Shown here: one piece after another, positions 32,815 through 32,865 of the stretch | Position numbering within the stretch: position 1 is the stretch's first letter | How the letters are laid out: each line of letters begins with the position of its first letter | Assembly (NCBI RefSeq): GCF_001194135.2 | Contig: NC_068982.1 | Location: 91,700,401 to 91,733,265 of the forward strand | Length of the DNA: 32,865 nt | Direction of reading: 5' to 3' | From: Octopus bimaculoides | Taxonomy: Eukaryota | Notes under the pieces: generated by a model | What the model was told of the DNA's origin: nothing | The model's input: the letters and a program-made list of their open reading frames with translations, nothing else | The model's database searches: none | Program-made: the position numbers and the translations under genes

Positions 32815-32865
32815 AACTGTACAGCAAAATAAGTCTTACCATCATATATATATATATATATATAT
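32650..32865. repeat. Degenerate (TACA)n/(TA)n microsatellites
   Basis: Direct reading. Confidence 0.95.

Overview
AT-rich, microsatellite-dense eukaryotic DNA made almost entirely of nested, decayed transposable elements, with three N-gaps. The SINE families and the (TA)n/(TACA)n/(TCTA)n/(CT)n/(TAA)n load look like a coleoid cephalopod, most likely Octopus; this rests on my recognition of the repeats, not a database search. I find no intact host protein-coding gene, rRNA, tRNA gene or CRISPR array, and most ORFs in the supplied track are microsatellite or antisense-TE artefacts. Recognisable content: two near-full-length decayed mariners (irritans-like and mellifera-like), a maT/DD37D 3' fragment, a hAT transposase relic interrupted by two SINEs, three R4/Dong-clade fragments, two RTE fragments, a Penelope-like RT/GIY-YIG relic, HINE/Helentron-type elements, several MITEs and about 20 SINE-like copies. 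The most interesting signals are (i) minimal hammerhead-ribozyme motifs of the Penelope type, including one core-intact motif on each strand at the outer ends of a ~555-bp inverted repeat (13985-14540) and a compact degenerate inverted pair at ~32.0 kb, and (ii) an L1/Tx1 ORF1-like zinc-knuckle frame that runs into a short A-tail with no ORF2, resembling a half-L1.
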